Shown in pieces: positions 20,614 to 30,118 of a DNA stretch of 64,000 nt. Both the position numbers and the translations under genes were made by a program. Location of the stretch: contig CAJONE010000005.1 in assembly GCA_905235855.1 (NCBI GenBank), positions 1,550 through 65,549 on the forward strand. The letters run 5' to 3'. The notes under the pieces were generated by a model, which made no database searches, was not told the origin of the DNA, and was given only the letters and a program-made list of their open reading frames with translations. Source of the DNA: an uncultured Bacteroidales bacterium. GTDB lineage: Bacteria > Bacteroidota > Bacteroidia > Bacteroidales > P3. Each line of letters starts with the position of its first letter. The first letter of the stretch is position 1.

Positions 20614-21897
20614 GTGAAACGTTCTAAAAATAGAAATAGCGACACGTCGACACGTCTCAAGTTCGACTGGGTTACGATATTGCTCTATACGATCCTTGTG
20701 GTTTTGGGCTGGGTCAACATATACGCTGCTTGCTACAACGATGCGCATGCATTCGTTTTCGACTTTGCGTCGCAGCATGGCAAACAACTTGTATGGGTGG
20801 CCATAGCCACACTGGTTGCATTCGTCACTCTTTATATCGAGCCGCGCATTTTTTCCGATACTTCATATATAATTTATGCGTTTGCCATCTTTCTTCTTTT
20901 GGTGACGCTGGTGTTGGCACGCACGGTCAATGGTGGCCGTTCGTGGATTGACCTCGGTGCTTTCAAGCTACAGCCCTCCGAGTTCGCCAAGTTTGCCACT
21001 GCTTTGGCGTTGTCAAAATATGTAGGAGGTATTGATATAAAGCTTCAAAGTCCCAAAGTGAGATTGGTTGTGGCTGCCCTGATAGTTATTCCGGCTGCCC
21101 TTATCCTGCTTCAGCACGACACCGGCTCGGCTCTTGTGTTTGCCGCCTTCGTGTTGCCTCTGTTCCGCGAAGGCTTTACCAAGTATGTGCTCATATTTTC
21201 AGTTGTGGCGGTGGTGCTCTTTGTACTGACTTTGTTGGTGAACCAGTATATCGTTATGGCATTGGTTTTGGCTGTCTGTCTGGCTTACCTTTTTCTATGG
21301 CTCAACCGACGCACTCGTACGTCATATATCTATGCGGCCGCTTTTCTTGTGGTGGGGTGCCTTTTTGTCTTCTCGGTCGATTTTGCGTTTGAAAAAGTGC
21401 TCGAACCCCACCAGCGTGAGCGTATCGATGTGCTGCTTGGCAAGACGCACGATTTCAAAGGTGTCGGTTACAATGTGCATCAGTCCAAGATTGCCATCGG
21501 TTCCGGCGGCGTTGCGGGCAAAGGCTATTTAAAAGGTACTATCACCAAGGCCGACTTCGTGCCGGAACAGGAGACTGATTTCATTTTCTGTACGGTAGGT
21601 GAGGAGGGGGGATTTCTCGGAAGTGCCTTTGTGGTTGTGCTTTATATTCTCCTTTTGACGAGGCTTGTCAAGTTGGCTGAGCGGCAGCGCTCGCGTTTCG
21701 CACGTTTCTACGGCTATTCGCTCACAGGTATACTCTTTTTCCATTTCTCTGTAAATGTCGGAATGGTCCTTGGTCTGGTGCCTGTAATAGGCATTCCACT
21801 TCCTTTTTTCAGTTACGGCGGCTCGTCGCTTATCGCATTCACGCTCATGCTTTTCGTCTTTATAAAACAAGACAGTTACCGCACACAATTACTTTGA
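20614..21897 (+). CDS. rodA: SEDS-family peptidoglycan polymerase RodA
   Basis: 10-TM FtsW/RodA sequence (QPSEFAKF, GSGGVAGKGYLKGT, FSYGGSS). GTG start. Confidence 0.9.
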   Translation: MKRSKNRNSDTSTRLKFDWVTILLYTILVVLGWVNIYAACYNDAHAFVFDFASQHGKQLVWVAIATLVAFVTLYIEPRIFSDTSYIIYAFAIFLLLVTLVLARTVNGGRSWIDLGAFKLQPSEFAKFATALALSKYVGGIDIKLQSPKVRLVVAALIVIPAALILLQHDTGSALVFAAFVLPLFREGFTKYVLIFSVVAVVLFVLTLLVNQYIVMALVLAVCLAYLFLWLNRRTRTSYIYAAAFLVVGCLFVFSVDFAFEKVLEPHQRERIDVLLGKTHDFKGVGYNVHQSKIAIGSGGVAGKGYLKGTITKADFVPEQETDFIFCTVGEEGGFLGSAFVVVLYILLLTRLVKLAERQRSRFARFYGYSLTGILFFHFSVNVGMVLGLVPVIGIPLPFFSYGGSSLIAFTLMLFVFIKQDSYRTQLL

Positions 21898-21970
21898 ATT
21901 TATGCCGAACAACTGCGCACCCGCGCCTGTCTAATCCCTAACAGCCACAAGCAAACTTAATCTGTAAATA

Positions 21971-23197
21971 ATGCCTAAAGGAAAAAAAACACACATCGAA
22001 CAATACTGCTCCTTTTGCGGCTCGCCCGAATCGGGAGCGGGACAGCTTATAGCTGGTCTCAACGGTTATATCTGTCAGAATTGTGCCAACAAGGCTTACG
22101 AGATTTTCAACACATATCTTCCTTCGAAGAAGTCCTCTGACTTGTCGGACATCCCCATCCCAACACCACGGGAAATAAAAGAGCATCTCGACCGCTATGT
22201 TATAGGGCAGGACGATGCCAAAAAAGTTCTCTCGGTGGCTGTATACAACCACTACAAGCGGCTGCGGTATGGCGAAAATCATGACAAATCGAACGATACC
22301 GAAATCGAAAAAACCAACATCATTATAGTGGGCGAAACCGGCACCGGCAAAACCCTTATGGCTCGCACCATAGCCCGAATCCTAAATGTGCCGTTCTGCA
22401 TAGCCGATGCTACCACACTCACCGAGGCCGGCTATGTGGGCGACGATGTCGAGAATGTCTTGGTGCGCCTGCTTCAGGCTGCCAATTATGACGTGGCGGC
22501 CGCCGAAAGAGGTATTGTTTTTATTGACGAAATCGACAAGATTGCCCGTAAGAGCGACAACCCGTCTATCACGCGTGACGTTTCGGGCGAGGGTGTGCAG
22601 CAGGCAATGCTGAAATTGCTCGAAGGCGCTGTGGTGAACGTACCGCCGCAGGGTGGACGCAAACATCCCGAACAGCAAATGATTGCGGTCAACACCCAAA
22701 ATATCCTCTTCATTGCGGGCGGTGCCTTCGACGGTATCGAACGTGATATTGCGTCACGTCTTAAAACCAGTGTTATAGGCTTTGGCGGCACTAAAACTCG
22801 TGAGGAAATTGACACCCACAATATGTTGCAGTATATCCAGCCGATGGATTTGAAAAAATTTGGACTTATTCCAGAACTGGTCGGTCGCTTCCCAATGGTC
22901 ACACACCTGCAGCCCCTCGACCGCGACGCCCTGCTGCGCATACTTACCGAACCGAAAAACGCTCTGGTCAAACAGTACACCGAGCTTTTCAAGATGGACG
23001 ATGTCGCCCTGACCTTTGAACCCGATGCCCTTGAGGCTATCGTCGACAAGGCTGTGCAATACAAACTCGGTGCTCGTGGCCTGCGTTCCATTGTCGAATC
23101 GGTCATGACCGACATAATGTTCAATCTTCCCTCGATGAAGGGCAAAAGTGTAAAAATCAGCAGAGACACGGTCGAAAGGTACGCGGTCGTTCGCTAA
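21971..23197 (+). CDS. clpX: ATP-dependent Clp protease ATP-binding subunit ClpX
   Basis: N-terminal C4 zinc finger (CSFCG...CQNC), Walker [25 protein letters not shown]. Confidence 0.97.
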   Translation: MPKGKKTHIEQYCSFCGSPESGAGQLIAGLNGYICQNCANKAYEIFNTYLPSKKSSDLSDIPIPTPREIKEHLDRYVIGQDDAKKVLSVAVYNHYKRLRYGENHDKSNDTEIEKTNIIIVGETGTGKTLMARTIARILNVPFCIADATTLTEAGYVGDDVENVLVRLLQAANYDVAAAERGIVFIDEIDKIARKSDNPSITRDVSGEGVQQAMLKLLEGAVVNVPPQGGRKHPEQQMIAVNTQNILFIAGGAFDGIERDIASRLKTSVIGFGGTKTREEIDTHNMLQYIQPMDLKKFGLIPELVGRFPMVTHLQPLDRDALLRILTEPKNALVKQYTELFKMDDVALTFEPDALEAIVDKAVQYKLGARGLRSIVESVMTDIMFNLPSMKGKSVKISRDTVERYAVVR

Positions 23198-23215
23198 AAA
23201 CAATAACTCTGTCTT

Positions 23216-24082
23216 ATGCATGGCAACGGTGTCTCTCTCAATCTGACCGATACTCACACTCACCTGTATCTGGAAGACTACGACGACGACCGTCAGGCCG
23301 TTGTGAGGCGGGCTGTTGAGGCTGGTGTCACCAGGCTCCTGTTGCCGGCTGTCGATAGCGTTTCCTTTGACGCTCTGCACAGAATGGCCACAGACTACCC
23401 TACGCTTTGTTTCCCTATGGCAGGGTTGCACCCTACCTCGGTCAATGCCGGTTTCGAAAGCGAGTTGGCCTTTGTCGAAAAGGTTTTGGCCGATGCCGCC
23501 ATTCCCTGCATAGCAATAGGTGAGGTGGGGCTTGACCTGTATTGGGACGCTACTTTCCTGACGCAACAGGTCGAGGCTCTTCGCTGTCAGCTTGCCATGG
23601 CGTACGCGAGGCGACTGCCTGTCGTTCTCCACCTGCGTAGCGCCAAAAATCAGCACGACGATTCCCCCCAGCACGATGCTTACGAACTTTTCTTCAAAAT
23701 ATGGGACAGTTTTCTGGCCGAACATCCTGTCATCGTAAACACCGAAAAGCCTCATGCCGGTGTTATGCACTGTTTCAGCGGCAGTGTCGACCAGGCCATC
23801 CGAGCTGTGCAACGGGGCTTTTACATTGGTGTTGGCGGTGTGGTGACCTACAAAAATGCCCAGTTGCAACATGTTGTGGCCTCCGTGCCGTTGGAACGCA
23901 TTCTACTCGAAACCGATGCGCCGTACCTTGCACCAGTCCCCTATCGCGGCAGACGTAACGAGAGCGCCTATATTGTCGAAGTGGCAAAAAAAATTGGCGA
24001 AATAAAAGGTGTGTCGCTTGACGAGGTGGCAGCCCAAACCAGCCGCAATGCAACCCTTTTGTTTAGGTTGCCTACCATATAA
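23216..24082 (+). CDS. TatD-family metal-dependent hydrolase
   Basis: DTHTHL N-terminal motif, EVGLD, HCFSG and LLETDAPYL motifs. Confidence 0.85.
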   Translation: MHGNGVSLNLTDTHTHLYLEDYDDDRQAVVRRAVEAGVTRLLLPAVDSVSFDALHRMATDYPTLCFPMAGLHPTSVNAGFESELAFVEKVLADAAIPCIAIGEVGLDLYWDATFLTQQVEALRCQLAMAYARRLPVVLHLRSAKNQHDDSPQHDAYELFFKIWDSFLAEHPVIVNTEKPHAGVMHCFSGSVDQAIRAVQRGFYIGVGGVVTYKNAQLQHVVASVPLERILLETDAPYLAPVPYRGRRNESAYIVEVAKKIGEIKGVSLDEVAAQTSRNATLLFRLPTI

Positions 24083-24106
24083 TGGCTATAAATCAAAACA
24101 TTTTAG

Positions 24107-24114
24107 TATTTTTG
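24107..24114 (+). promoter_or_regulatory. Bacteroidetes -7 promoter box (TATTTTTG)
   Basis: TAnnTTTG match 21 nt upstream of the 24135 ATG. Confidence 0.4.
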
Positions 24115-24134
24115 CAGCCTAATTTAACTGAAAA

Positions 24135-24398
24135 ATGAGCCACGACAAGGAAATCAAAATTTACGAATACGCCTCTTATGTTCTTTTGTTGGGCGCGACT
24201 GCAGTGTTTGTCATACTGCGAAAAAGTAGCCCGCAACTCTCAACCACGCTGACACTGCTTATCCTGGTCGTTGCAGTGCTCATGAGGATGTTCATGGAGC
24301 GTGCCCGACGCAAAACATACGAGGAGGAAAACGAGTCGCTCAAGGCCGACCTCAAGCATCTTACGGCTCTCTTGAAAAAAGAAAAGGGCCGAGAGTAG
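24135..24398 (+). CDS. Small membrane protein, unknown function
   Basis: 87 aa with two hydrophobic helices and a charged helical tail. Has its own promoter box. Confidence 0.4.
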   Translation: MSHDKEIKIYEYASYVLLLGATAVFVILRKSSPQLSTTLTLLILVVAVLMRMFMERARRKTYEEENESLKADLKHLTALLKKEKGRE

Positions 24399-24466
24399 CC
24401 AACCGCTTCCCGGGGCTGTACAACTGACACGGATTAACATAATAACAAATATAATATCATTAGTTT

Positions 24467-25030
24467 ATGGCAACAACAACCGACATTAAAAACGGACTTT
24501 GCATCAATTTCAACAACGATATTTACTGCATCGTTGAGTTCCTTCACGTGAAACCCGGCAAGGGTGCAGCTTTCGTTCGCACCAAGATGCGCAACGTCAA
24601 AACCGGTCGCATGCTCGAAAACACTTTCCCCAGTGGCGCCAAAATCGACATCGTTCGCGTTGAGCGTCGCCCCTATACTTACCTCTACAAGGAAGGCGAT
24701 ATGCATGTGTTTATGCATACCGAGACTTACGAACAGATTTATATTCCCGAAAACATCATCAACGCCCCGCAGTTCCTGCGCGATGGTCAGTATGTCGAAA
24801 TCACTGTCGATGCCGATACCGAGACTCCTCTGATGTGTGAGCTGCCGCCTTTTGTCGAAACTGTCGTGACATACACCGAACCCGGCTTTGCCGGCAACAC
24901 GGCCACCAACGCTATGAAAGACGCTACCGTCGAACCCGGTGTTACCATCCGTGTGCCGCTCTTTATCAAAGAAGGTGAGAAAATCAGGGTCGACACGCGT
25001 ACCAACGAATACAGCGAGCGCATAAAATAA
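24467..25030 (+). CDS. efp: Elongation factor P
   Basis: 187 aa. VEFLHVKPGKGAAFVRTKMRNVKTG and the other EF-P motifs are present. Confidence 0.97.
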   Translation: MATTTDIKNGLCINFNNDIYCIVEFLHVKPGKGAAFVRTKMRNVKTGRMLENTFPSGAKIDIVRVERRPYTYLYKEGDMHVFMHTETYEQIYIPENIINAPQFLRDGQYVEITVDADTETPLMCELPPFVETVVTYTEPGFAGNTATNAMKDATVEPGVTIRVPLFIKEGEKIRVDTRTNEYSERIK

Positions 25031-25083
25031 CAAGTTTCAAGTTTTTGGCCAAAACGGATTTGAGACTAAAAAAACAGAACAAA

Positions 25084-26106
25084 ATGCTATCTGTTTCACA
25101 TTGTCGCAGAGACGCTGTCATTGCGTCTCTGCTTGTTTTGTTGGCTGTTGTGGCAGTTTCATGCGGACGCGAAAAAAAACGCACATCCGATATTAGGCCA
25201 CCTGTCGATTACGCAGCCGTGGCAATACCCAATTTTTCTGCCGACACGGCATTCGCTTTCATCGAAAAACAGCTCTCTTTCGGCATTCGCACGCCTGGTA
25301 GCAAGGGGCATGAAGCCTGTGCAAAATACCTGCGCGAAACCATGTCTCGCTGGTGCGATACGGTCATTTCGCAGCCTTTTAGCACTGTGCTGTGGAACGG
25401 GCAGACTGTGAAAGGTGAAAATATCATTGCCTCGCTCAATCCCGAGAAGTCAGACCGTATCTTGCTTTGTGCCCACTGGGACAGTCGCCTCTGGGCCGAC
25501 CACGACCCCGACAGCCTCAACCGTCGAAAACCTATCATGGGTGCCAACGACGGTGCCAGCGGCGTGGCCACTTTGATGGAAATGGCGCGGGTGATGTCGC
25601 CGAAACGTCCCTCGGTGGGCATCGATTTCATATTTTTCGACGTGGAGGATCAAGGCACAGCCAGCTGGTCCGAATCCGAGTATCAGGACAACACTTGGTG
25701 CAAAGGTTCTCAATTCTGGGCACAAAATCCCCACCGACCATACTACAGCGCCATCTATGGTATACTGCTTGACATGGTTGCCACTCCGCAGCCACGGTTT
25801 ACCAAGGAGGAGATAAGTCGGCATTATGCAGCTACAATCTTGAACAAAGTCTGGCAGGTGGCTGCGACCACAGCGGGCGGCTCTGTCTTTGTCGACCAGA
25901 ATACCGACGCCATTCTCGACGACCACCTCTATGTCAATCAGATTGCCAACATCCCTACCATCGACATTGTGCAGAACAGCACGGATTGCAGCTTCTTCAA
26001 ACACTGGCATACCCTCGGCGACAATATTGAGGCCGTCGATGCAAAATCTATGAAGATTGTGGCCGACGTGGTGATGAAAACCATTTATGGCGACTATGGC
26101 AACTGA
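25084..26106 (+). CDS. M28-family zinc enzyme lipoprotein, probable glutaminyl cyclase
   Basis: Lipoprotein signal (LLAVVAVSC). M28/QC metal-site motifs HWDSR, GANDGASGVA and FFDVEDQG. The size and lipoprotein nature fit Bacteroidetes mammalian-type QC. Confidence 0.65.
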   Translation: MLSVSHCRRDAVIASLLVLLAVVAVSCGREKKRTSDIRPPVDYAAVAIPNFSADTAFAFIEKQLSFGIRTPGSKGHEACAKYLRETMSRWCDTVISQPFSTVLWNGQTVKGENIIASLNPEKSDRILLCAHWDSRLWADHDPDSLNRRKPIMGANDGASGVATLMEMARVMSPKRPSVGIDFIFFDVEDQGTASWSESEYQDNTWCKGSQFWAQNPHRPYYSAIYGILLDMVATPQPRFTKEEISRHYAATILNKVWQVAATTAGGSVFVDQNTDAILDDHLYVNQIANIPTIDIVQNSTDCSFFKHWHTLGDNIEAVDAKSMKIVADVVMKTIYGDYGN

Positions 26107-26554
26107 ATTCAAATGCACGAAACCGTTCGCATGCTGTAGGCCGTTCGTCCTATTGGCTCTTATGTGTTTCGCTCTTCTCTGTTCGTGCAGGCACGAGAAC
26201 AGGTGCGACACACCTATCGGTGCCGTCAACTGTAATCTCGACCCCAACTCGCCGCTTTATAACAGGCTTAACAATGTGGGCGGTTATGAGTATCTTGTAG
26301 GAGGCAATCATGGGATTTTTGTTGTCCGCACCTCGATGTCCGAGTTTGCCGTTTTTGAGCGTACATGTCCGCACGACCACGATGGCATTGTCGAAGTTGT
26401 CGACGGTTGGGATGGTGCAGTGCTGCAGTGTCCGGTTTGTGGAAGCCGCTTCAACACCTATGCCGACGGTATACCTTTCGACGGTAGCGCGACAAGTTGC
26501 CCGCTCTACCAATATGGTGCCACTTACGATGCCGGAATGCTATATATATATTGA
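26087..26554 (+). CDS. Rieske-fold-like lipoprotein with atypical Cys/His pattern
   Basis: Lipoprotein signal (ALLCSC). Carries CPHDH...(17 aa)...CPVCGS where Rieske proteins have CxH...CxxH. Confidence 0.45.
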   Translation: MATMATEFKCTKPFACCRPFVLLALMCFALLCSCRHENRCDTPIGAVNCNLDPNSPLYNRLNNVGGYEYLVGGNHGIFVVRTSMSEFAVFERTCPHDHDGIVEVVDGWDGAVLQCPVCGSRFNTYADGIPFDGSATSCPLYQYGATYDAGMLYIY

Positions 26555-26654
26555 TTGTGGACGCGGACGACATGTGTAATAAATTTTAAAAAGCTGAGAT
26601 AGCGGAAATTGTAAAAAAAAACAGGCTTGTTTTATCGAATTTGCAGTTTTTTTG

Positions 26655-26662
26655 TATCTTTG
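26655..26662 (+). promoter_or_regulatory. Bacteroidetes -7 promoter box (TATCTTTG) for tRNA-Ser
   Basis: TAnnTTTG match ~62 nt upstream of the mature tRNA 5' end, with a TTTG about 20 nt further upstream. Confidence 0.45.
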
Positions 26663-26724
26663 CAAACGTTTTAAATCACCGAAAATAAAACATTGAGCGT
26701 TTCACTCATGTTTTCGGTTATAAC

Positions 26725-26812
26725 GGAAAGGTGCTCGAGTGGTTGAAGAGGCCCGCCTGGAAAGCGAGTAAGCGTTAAAAGCGCTTCAAGGGTTCGAATC
26801 CCTTCCTTTCCG
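26725..26812 (+). tRNA. tRNA-Ser (anticodon GGA), type II with long variable arm
   Basis: Manual fold. Acceptor GGAAAGG/CCTTTCC, anticodon loop CTGGAAA, long variable arm (GCGTTAAAAGCGC hairpin), T arm AAGGG-TTCGAAT-CCCTT, discriminator G. No encoded CCA. Confidence 0.9.
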
Positions 26813-26820
26813 CAAAATGA

Positions 26821-26866
26821 AACGCTGCAAGCGGATGAGTAATCGGAATCTTGCAGCGTTTTTTCT
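26821..26866 (+). terminator. Rho-independent terminator after tRNA-Ser
   Basis: 11 bp perfect stem AACGCTGCAAG / CTTGCAGCGTT followed by a T-run. Confidence 0.8.
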
Positions 26867-27100
26867 TTGTGTAGGCATAAATCTGCGACGCTCTTTTACA
26901 TACTGGCAGAAATCCATTTGAGAAAAATGTACCACACACATTCGCTTCGACACAGTGTTCTGCATTGCCCCCCCCTTTGACACACGGCCTCGCGAAACAT
27001 GAATCTATGTTTACGTTTGTACAGTGCAGTTGTGCCTCGTAGCCGCTTCTTGGCTTACCTAAAAAATGTGAAAAAATTTCCAAAATCAAAATATTTATCC

Positions 27101-27108
27101 TATATTTG
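27101..27108 (+). promoter_or_regulatory. Bacteroidetes -7 promoter box (TATATTTG)
   Basis: TAnnTTTG match ~110 nt upstream of the 27219 ATG. Confidence 0.4.
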
Positions 27109-27218
27109 CGACTAATTCAACAAAAGTGCACAACCTCGTATTGCGCCTATATCCAGCACGGTATGAGGTGGTTGCAAGAAAACGAGAAAATTATTTTATT
27201 CACCAAAACACACTCACA

Positions 27219-29966
27219 ATGAAAAAAATTGTAATGGTTATGTGTTTCGCGCTATGCACCTCCCTTGCATTTGCGCAAACCAAGCATGCCTCTCACAAGG
27301 GTAATGCGACAAAAGTTACAGCGGCCAAGTCACTGTCGAAAGACAATGGCCAGTCGATGCCGGCCTACAAGGCCTCTATTTTTAACTCCAAGGCGGGTGG
27401 CGATGTCATCGCTTCTTGGGATTTCTCCGACGAGAACTCGTTTTCCACAGGAACCATTGACGCGACCACGACCATCAACAACCCCGATGGCTCCTCGGTG
27501 CTTATGATTAAGCACACGCAGACCAATGCACACTCCAAATGGAACCGTATCCCCGATGCCAGCGAGGAGACTATGGCTACCTATGAGGGTCTCACTGCCG
27601 AACAGGGTGGCTATCCCGTAACATTGAGCATTTGGTACGATTTCACCTACATGGAGAACGCTCCCACTGGCGACAACGGTTTCATGATTATGACTATGCT
27701 CGACCAGTATCTGGCCGGCGGCGGTTCTGGTGCCACCGGCAATTTCGATGCCTATATCGCTTTCCCGGCCGTCAGCACCGTTGGTGCTCCTCAGGTGGAG
27801 TTCTCTCTCTATCAGATCTACACCTGCTTCAACAACGACAAAACCTACATTGACTACAGCACTGACGGCACCACATGGTACCAGTACGAAATCAATGTCC
27901 GGAATGTCGACCTCGGTTCCAATGACGATGCTGTCGGCACAAAGAGAGTTATGATGCCCGCCGCTTGCGGTGATCAGGCCAACCTTTACCTCCGTATCCG
28001 CTGGACCTGCGACAATGCTGCCGGCGGCGTTTACGGATATGTTTGGTATATCGACGACGTGAAGCTAACCGAGGCTAACGAAAATGAAATCATGCTCCAC
28101 AAATCGTCCTACGACTTCGGTTTCTACCATCAGATACCCCAGGGTCTTGATGTGCCTATCACATGGTGGACATCCATCCAGAACTTCGGCACCGCAGCCC
28201 AGAACAATGTAACCCTCAGCATGAACCATCTCGATGCCAACCAAAGCTCTCTGACCGAGCTCGGTTCCATGACCTATGGTCCGCTGGCTCCCGCCCAGCA
28301 GGTTGACACCTCTGTTGCAGGCTTGGTCACTTACGAGAACGCCAATGGCTGGCATGTTGTTTCGGCCGAAACTCCCAATGCCCCCGGTTCCAAGTTCCCC
28401 ACCACCGCTGTTGGCGACAACTACATCGTCCCCGGTTACGGTGCAACCAACTGCCCCAACAAATATGGCGACACCATACTCTATATGGTAAACGCTCTCG
28501 AGGCGTCGCCCGATGGTCTAGGTCAGGTTGCTGTGTGGGCACAGGACAATGGTGTTCTCACTCCCTATGCCTACTGCGTCGATGGTTTGGTGCCCGGTGA
28601 AGCGGCTGACCAGTGGTATCTGTCGACCGGTATGGGCGACGACAATCCCAGCTACACCAAGCCCGGCTATGACCTCTGGAACAGATTCGTGACTGGTGCA
28701 AACGTGCCCGACAACTGGGTTATCCGCGGTATGCAGCTTGTGGCCGCCACGCAGTACAGCGCAACCAATCCTAACCAGAACATCTTCCTCCAGCCTGGTG
28801 CAAAAATCACCCCGTCCCTCTATATGGACTCGACCGGAAGCGTACTCAGCGAATATCTTGAGACCGGCGCGGGCGAATATGAGACCAAGACCGACGACTA
28901 CAACTATTTCGACGAGAGCATGCAGCGCATCACCCGCACCTCTGCCGATTATCAGGAATATATGCTTCCCGGCGAGTATAAGGCAATCAACATCATGTTC
29001 CCCGAACAGCCCGAGTTGCTCCCCAACACCTCCTATCGTCTGGGTTACGAACTGGTCGAGGGCTTCTTCGCAGTTGCCAGCCAGTCGACACGCTATGTCC
29101 ACCACTACGAGGGCGATCCCGACACCCTGCTTTACTACGTCTACTTCAGCTCCGACACACTGAAAGACGGCACCACCAACGTGCTTAGAAAATATGGACG
29201 CTACTATGGTGAAGGCAATGGCGAGAACCATATTGCCTACGATCCTGAAGCAAACCGTATTGCCCCAGACGTTTCACAGCGTGTTCCTATGATTCGTATG
29301 CTTGTCGGTCCGAAGGTTGAATATCCCAAATTCCACGTCACTGTCGAGTGCGAGGGTTACAACGGAATGGAGATTCCCGCTGCCTCGACCGTATTCCAGC
29401 CAACCGTCAGCACAAGCGAATCGGTTTGCGGCCAGCGTGTCGAAATGAACGTCGGCAGTGCAGGTTCCTATGTTGTCGCCGAGGCCGAGTCTGGCTACAA
29501 TGTGTATGAGGTTTGGGTCGACGGCCAGCTTGTTTATGCAGCCGGCATCGAGCCTACCGATCCCAATGTCGAACATCGCGTAAACACCACTTACGACTAT
29601 GACCTGGTGTACTACTACTTCCAGAACTACACCGGTACCGAGGGCAACATCAAATTCATCTTTGCCGATGCCAGCGAGACTCATCAGCAGGGTGGTGGTG
29701 ACGAAGGCATCGACGAAGTTGCCAACGCTGTCCACATGAACCTCTTCCCGAACCCGGCCAGTGGCAAGGTTAACCTCTCTATTGCCGGTGTCAGCGGCAA
29801 AGTGAACTGCGCAGTTCTCGATATGAGCGGTCGCACTGTTTACAGCCAGACCATCAACGCCGAGGAGACCACTTCTCTCAACATCTCGAACCTCGCCAAG
29901 GGCGCCTATTTCGTGCGCATCACCAACAACGAGTTCACCAAAGTCGAGAAACTGGTCGTACGCTAA
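27219..29966 (+). CDS. Large secreted protein with T9SS C-terminal sorting domain
   Basis: Signal peptide MKKIVMVMCFALCTSLAFA|QTK at the internal ATG 27219. N-terminal jelly-roll/MAM-like region. The C-terminal 80 aa (MNLFPNPASGKVNL...GAYFVRITNNEF...VVR) is a T9SS CTD. Confidence 0.8.
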   Translation: MKKIVMVMCFALCTSLAFAQTKHASHKGNATKVTAAKSLSKDNGQSMPAYKASIFNSKAGGDVIASWDFSDENSFSTGTIDATTTINNPDGSSVLMIKHTQTNAHSKWNRIPDASEETMATYEGLTAEQGGYPVTLSIWYDFTYMENAPTGDNGFMIMTMLDQYLAGGGSGATGNFDAYIAFPAVSTVGAPQVEFSLYQIYTCFNNDKTYIDYSTDGTTWYQYEINVRNVDLGSNDDAVGTKRVMMPAACGDQANLYLRIRWTCDNAAGGVYGYVWYIDDVKLTEANENEIMLHKSSYDFGFYHQIPQGLDVPITWWTSIQNFGTAAQNNVTLSMNHLDANQSSLTELGSMTYGPLAPAQQVDTSVAGLVTYENANGWHVVSAETPNAPGSKFPTTAVGDNYIVPGYGATNCPNKYGDTILYMVNALEASPDGLGQVAVWAQDNGVLTPYAYCVDGLVPGEAADQWYLSTGMGDDNPSYTKPGYDLWNRFVTGANVPDNWVIRGMQLVAATQYSATNPNQNIFLQPGAKITPSLYMDSTGSVLSEYLETGAGEYETKTDDYNYFDESMQRITRTSADYQEYMLPGEYKAINIMFPEQPELLPNTSYRLGYELVEGFFAVASQSTRYVHHYEGDPDTLLYYVYFSSDTLKDGTTNVLRKYGRYYGEGNGENHIAYDPEANRIAPDVSQRVPMIRMLVGPKVEYPKFHVTVECEGYNGMEIPAASTVFQPTVSTSESVCGQRVEMNVGSAGSYVVAEAESGYNVYEVWVDGQLVYAAGIEPTDPNVEHRVNTTYDYDLVYYYFQNYTGTEGNIKFIFADASETHQQGGGDEGIDEVANAVHMNLFPNPASGKVNLSIAGVSGKVNCAVLDMSGRTVYSQTINAEETTSLNISNLAKGAYFVRITNNEFTKVEKLVVR

Positions 29967-30019
29967 TTGTTGAATGGCACTGTCGTTGGGGCTCAAATCC
30001 CACCGACATGTCGCATAAA

Positions 30020-30058
30020 CAGGCGGGACACTCCCTAAAGGGTGTCTCGCCTTGTTTT
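30020..30058 (+). terminator. Rho-independent terminator
   Basis: 10 bp stem GGCGGGACAC / GTGTCTCGCC (one G-U pair) followed by TTGTTTT. Confidence 0.7.
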
Positions 30059-30085
30059 AATTGCCGTCGTTTCAATAAAAAACAT

Positions 30086-30093
30086 TATTTTTG
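30086..30093 (+). promoter_or_regulatory. Bacteroidetes -7 promoter box (TATTTTTG)
   Basis: TAnnTTTG match 26 nt upstream of the ATG at 30119. Confidence 0.45.
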
Positions 30094-30118
30094 CACAGTT
30101 TTTCACGGCAGACAGGAT

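Noticed and set aside
22754-23872. 372 aa minus-strand ORF spanning the clpX-tatD junction
   Set aside because: It overlaps two well-supported plus-strand genes, crosses their intergenic gap and has no motifs. It is a shadow ORF.
26775-27089. 104 aa minus-strand ORF overlapping tRNA-Ser and its terminator
   Set aside because: It overlaps a confidently folded tRNA and terminator and has no motifs. It is a spurious ORF in non-coding DNA.
30008-30118. Upstream extension of the 30119 gene (MSHKQAGHSLKG...)
   Set aside because: It runs across a good rho-independent terminator (30020-30058) and a promoter box (30086-30093). A canonical signal peptide starts at the ATG at 30119.
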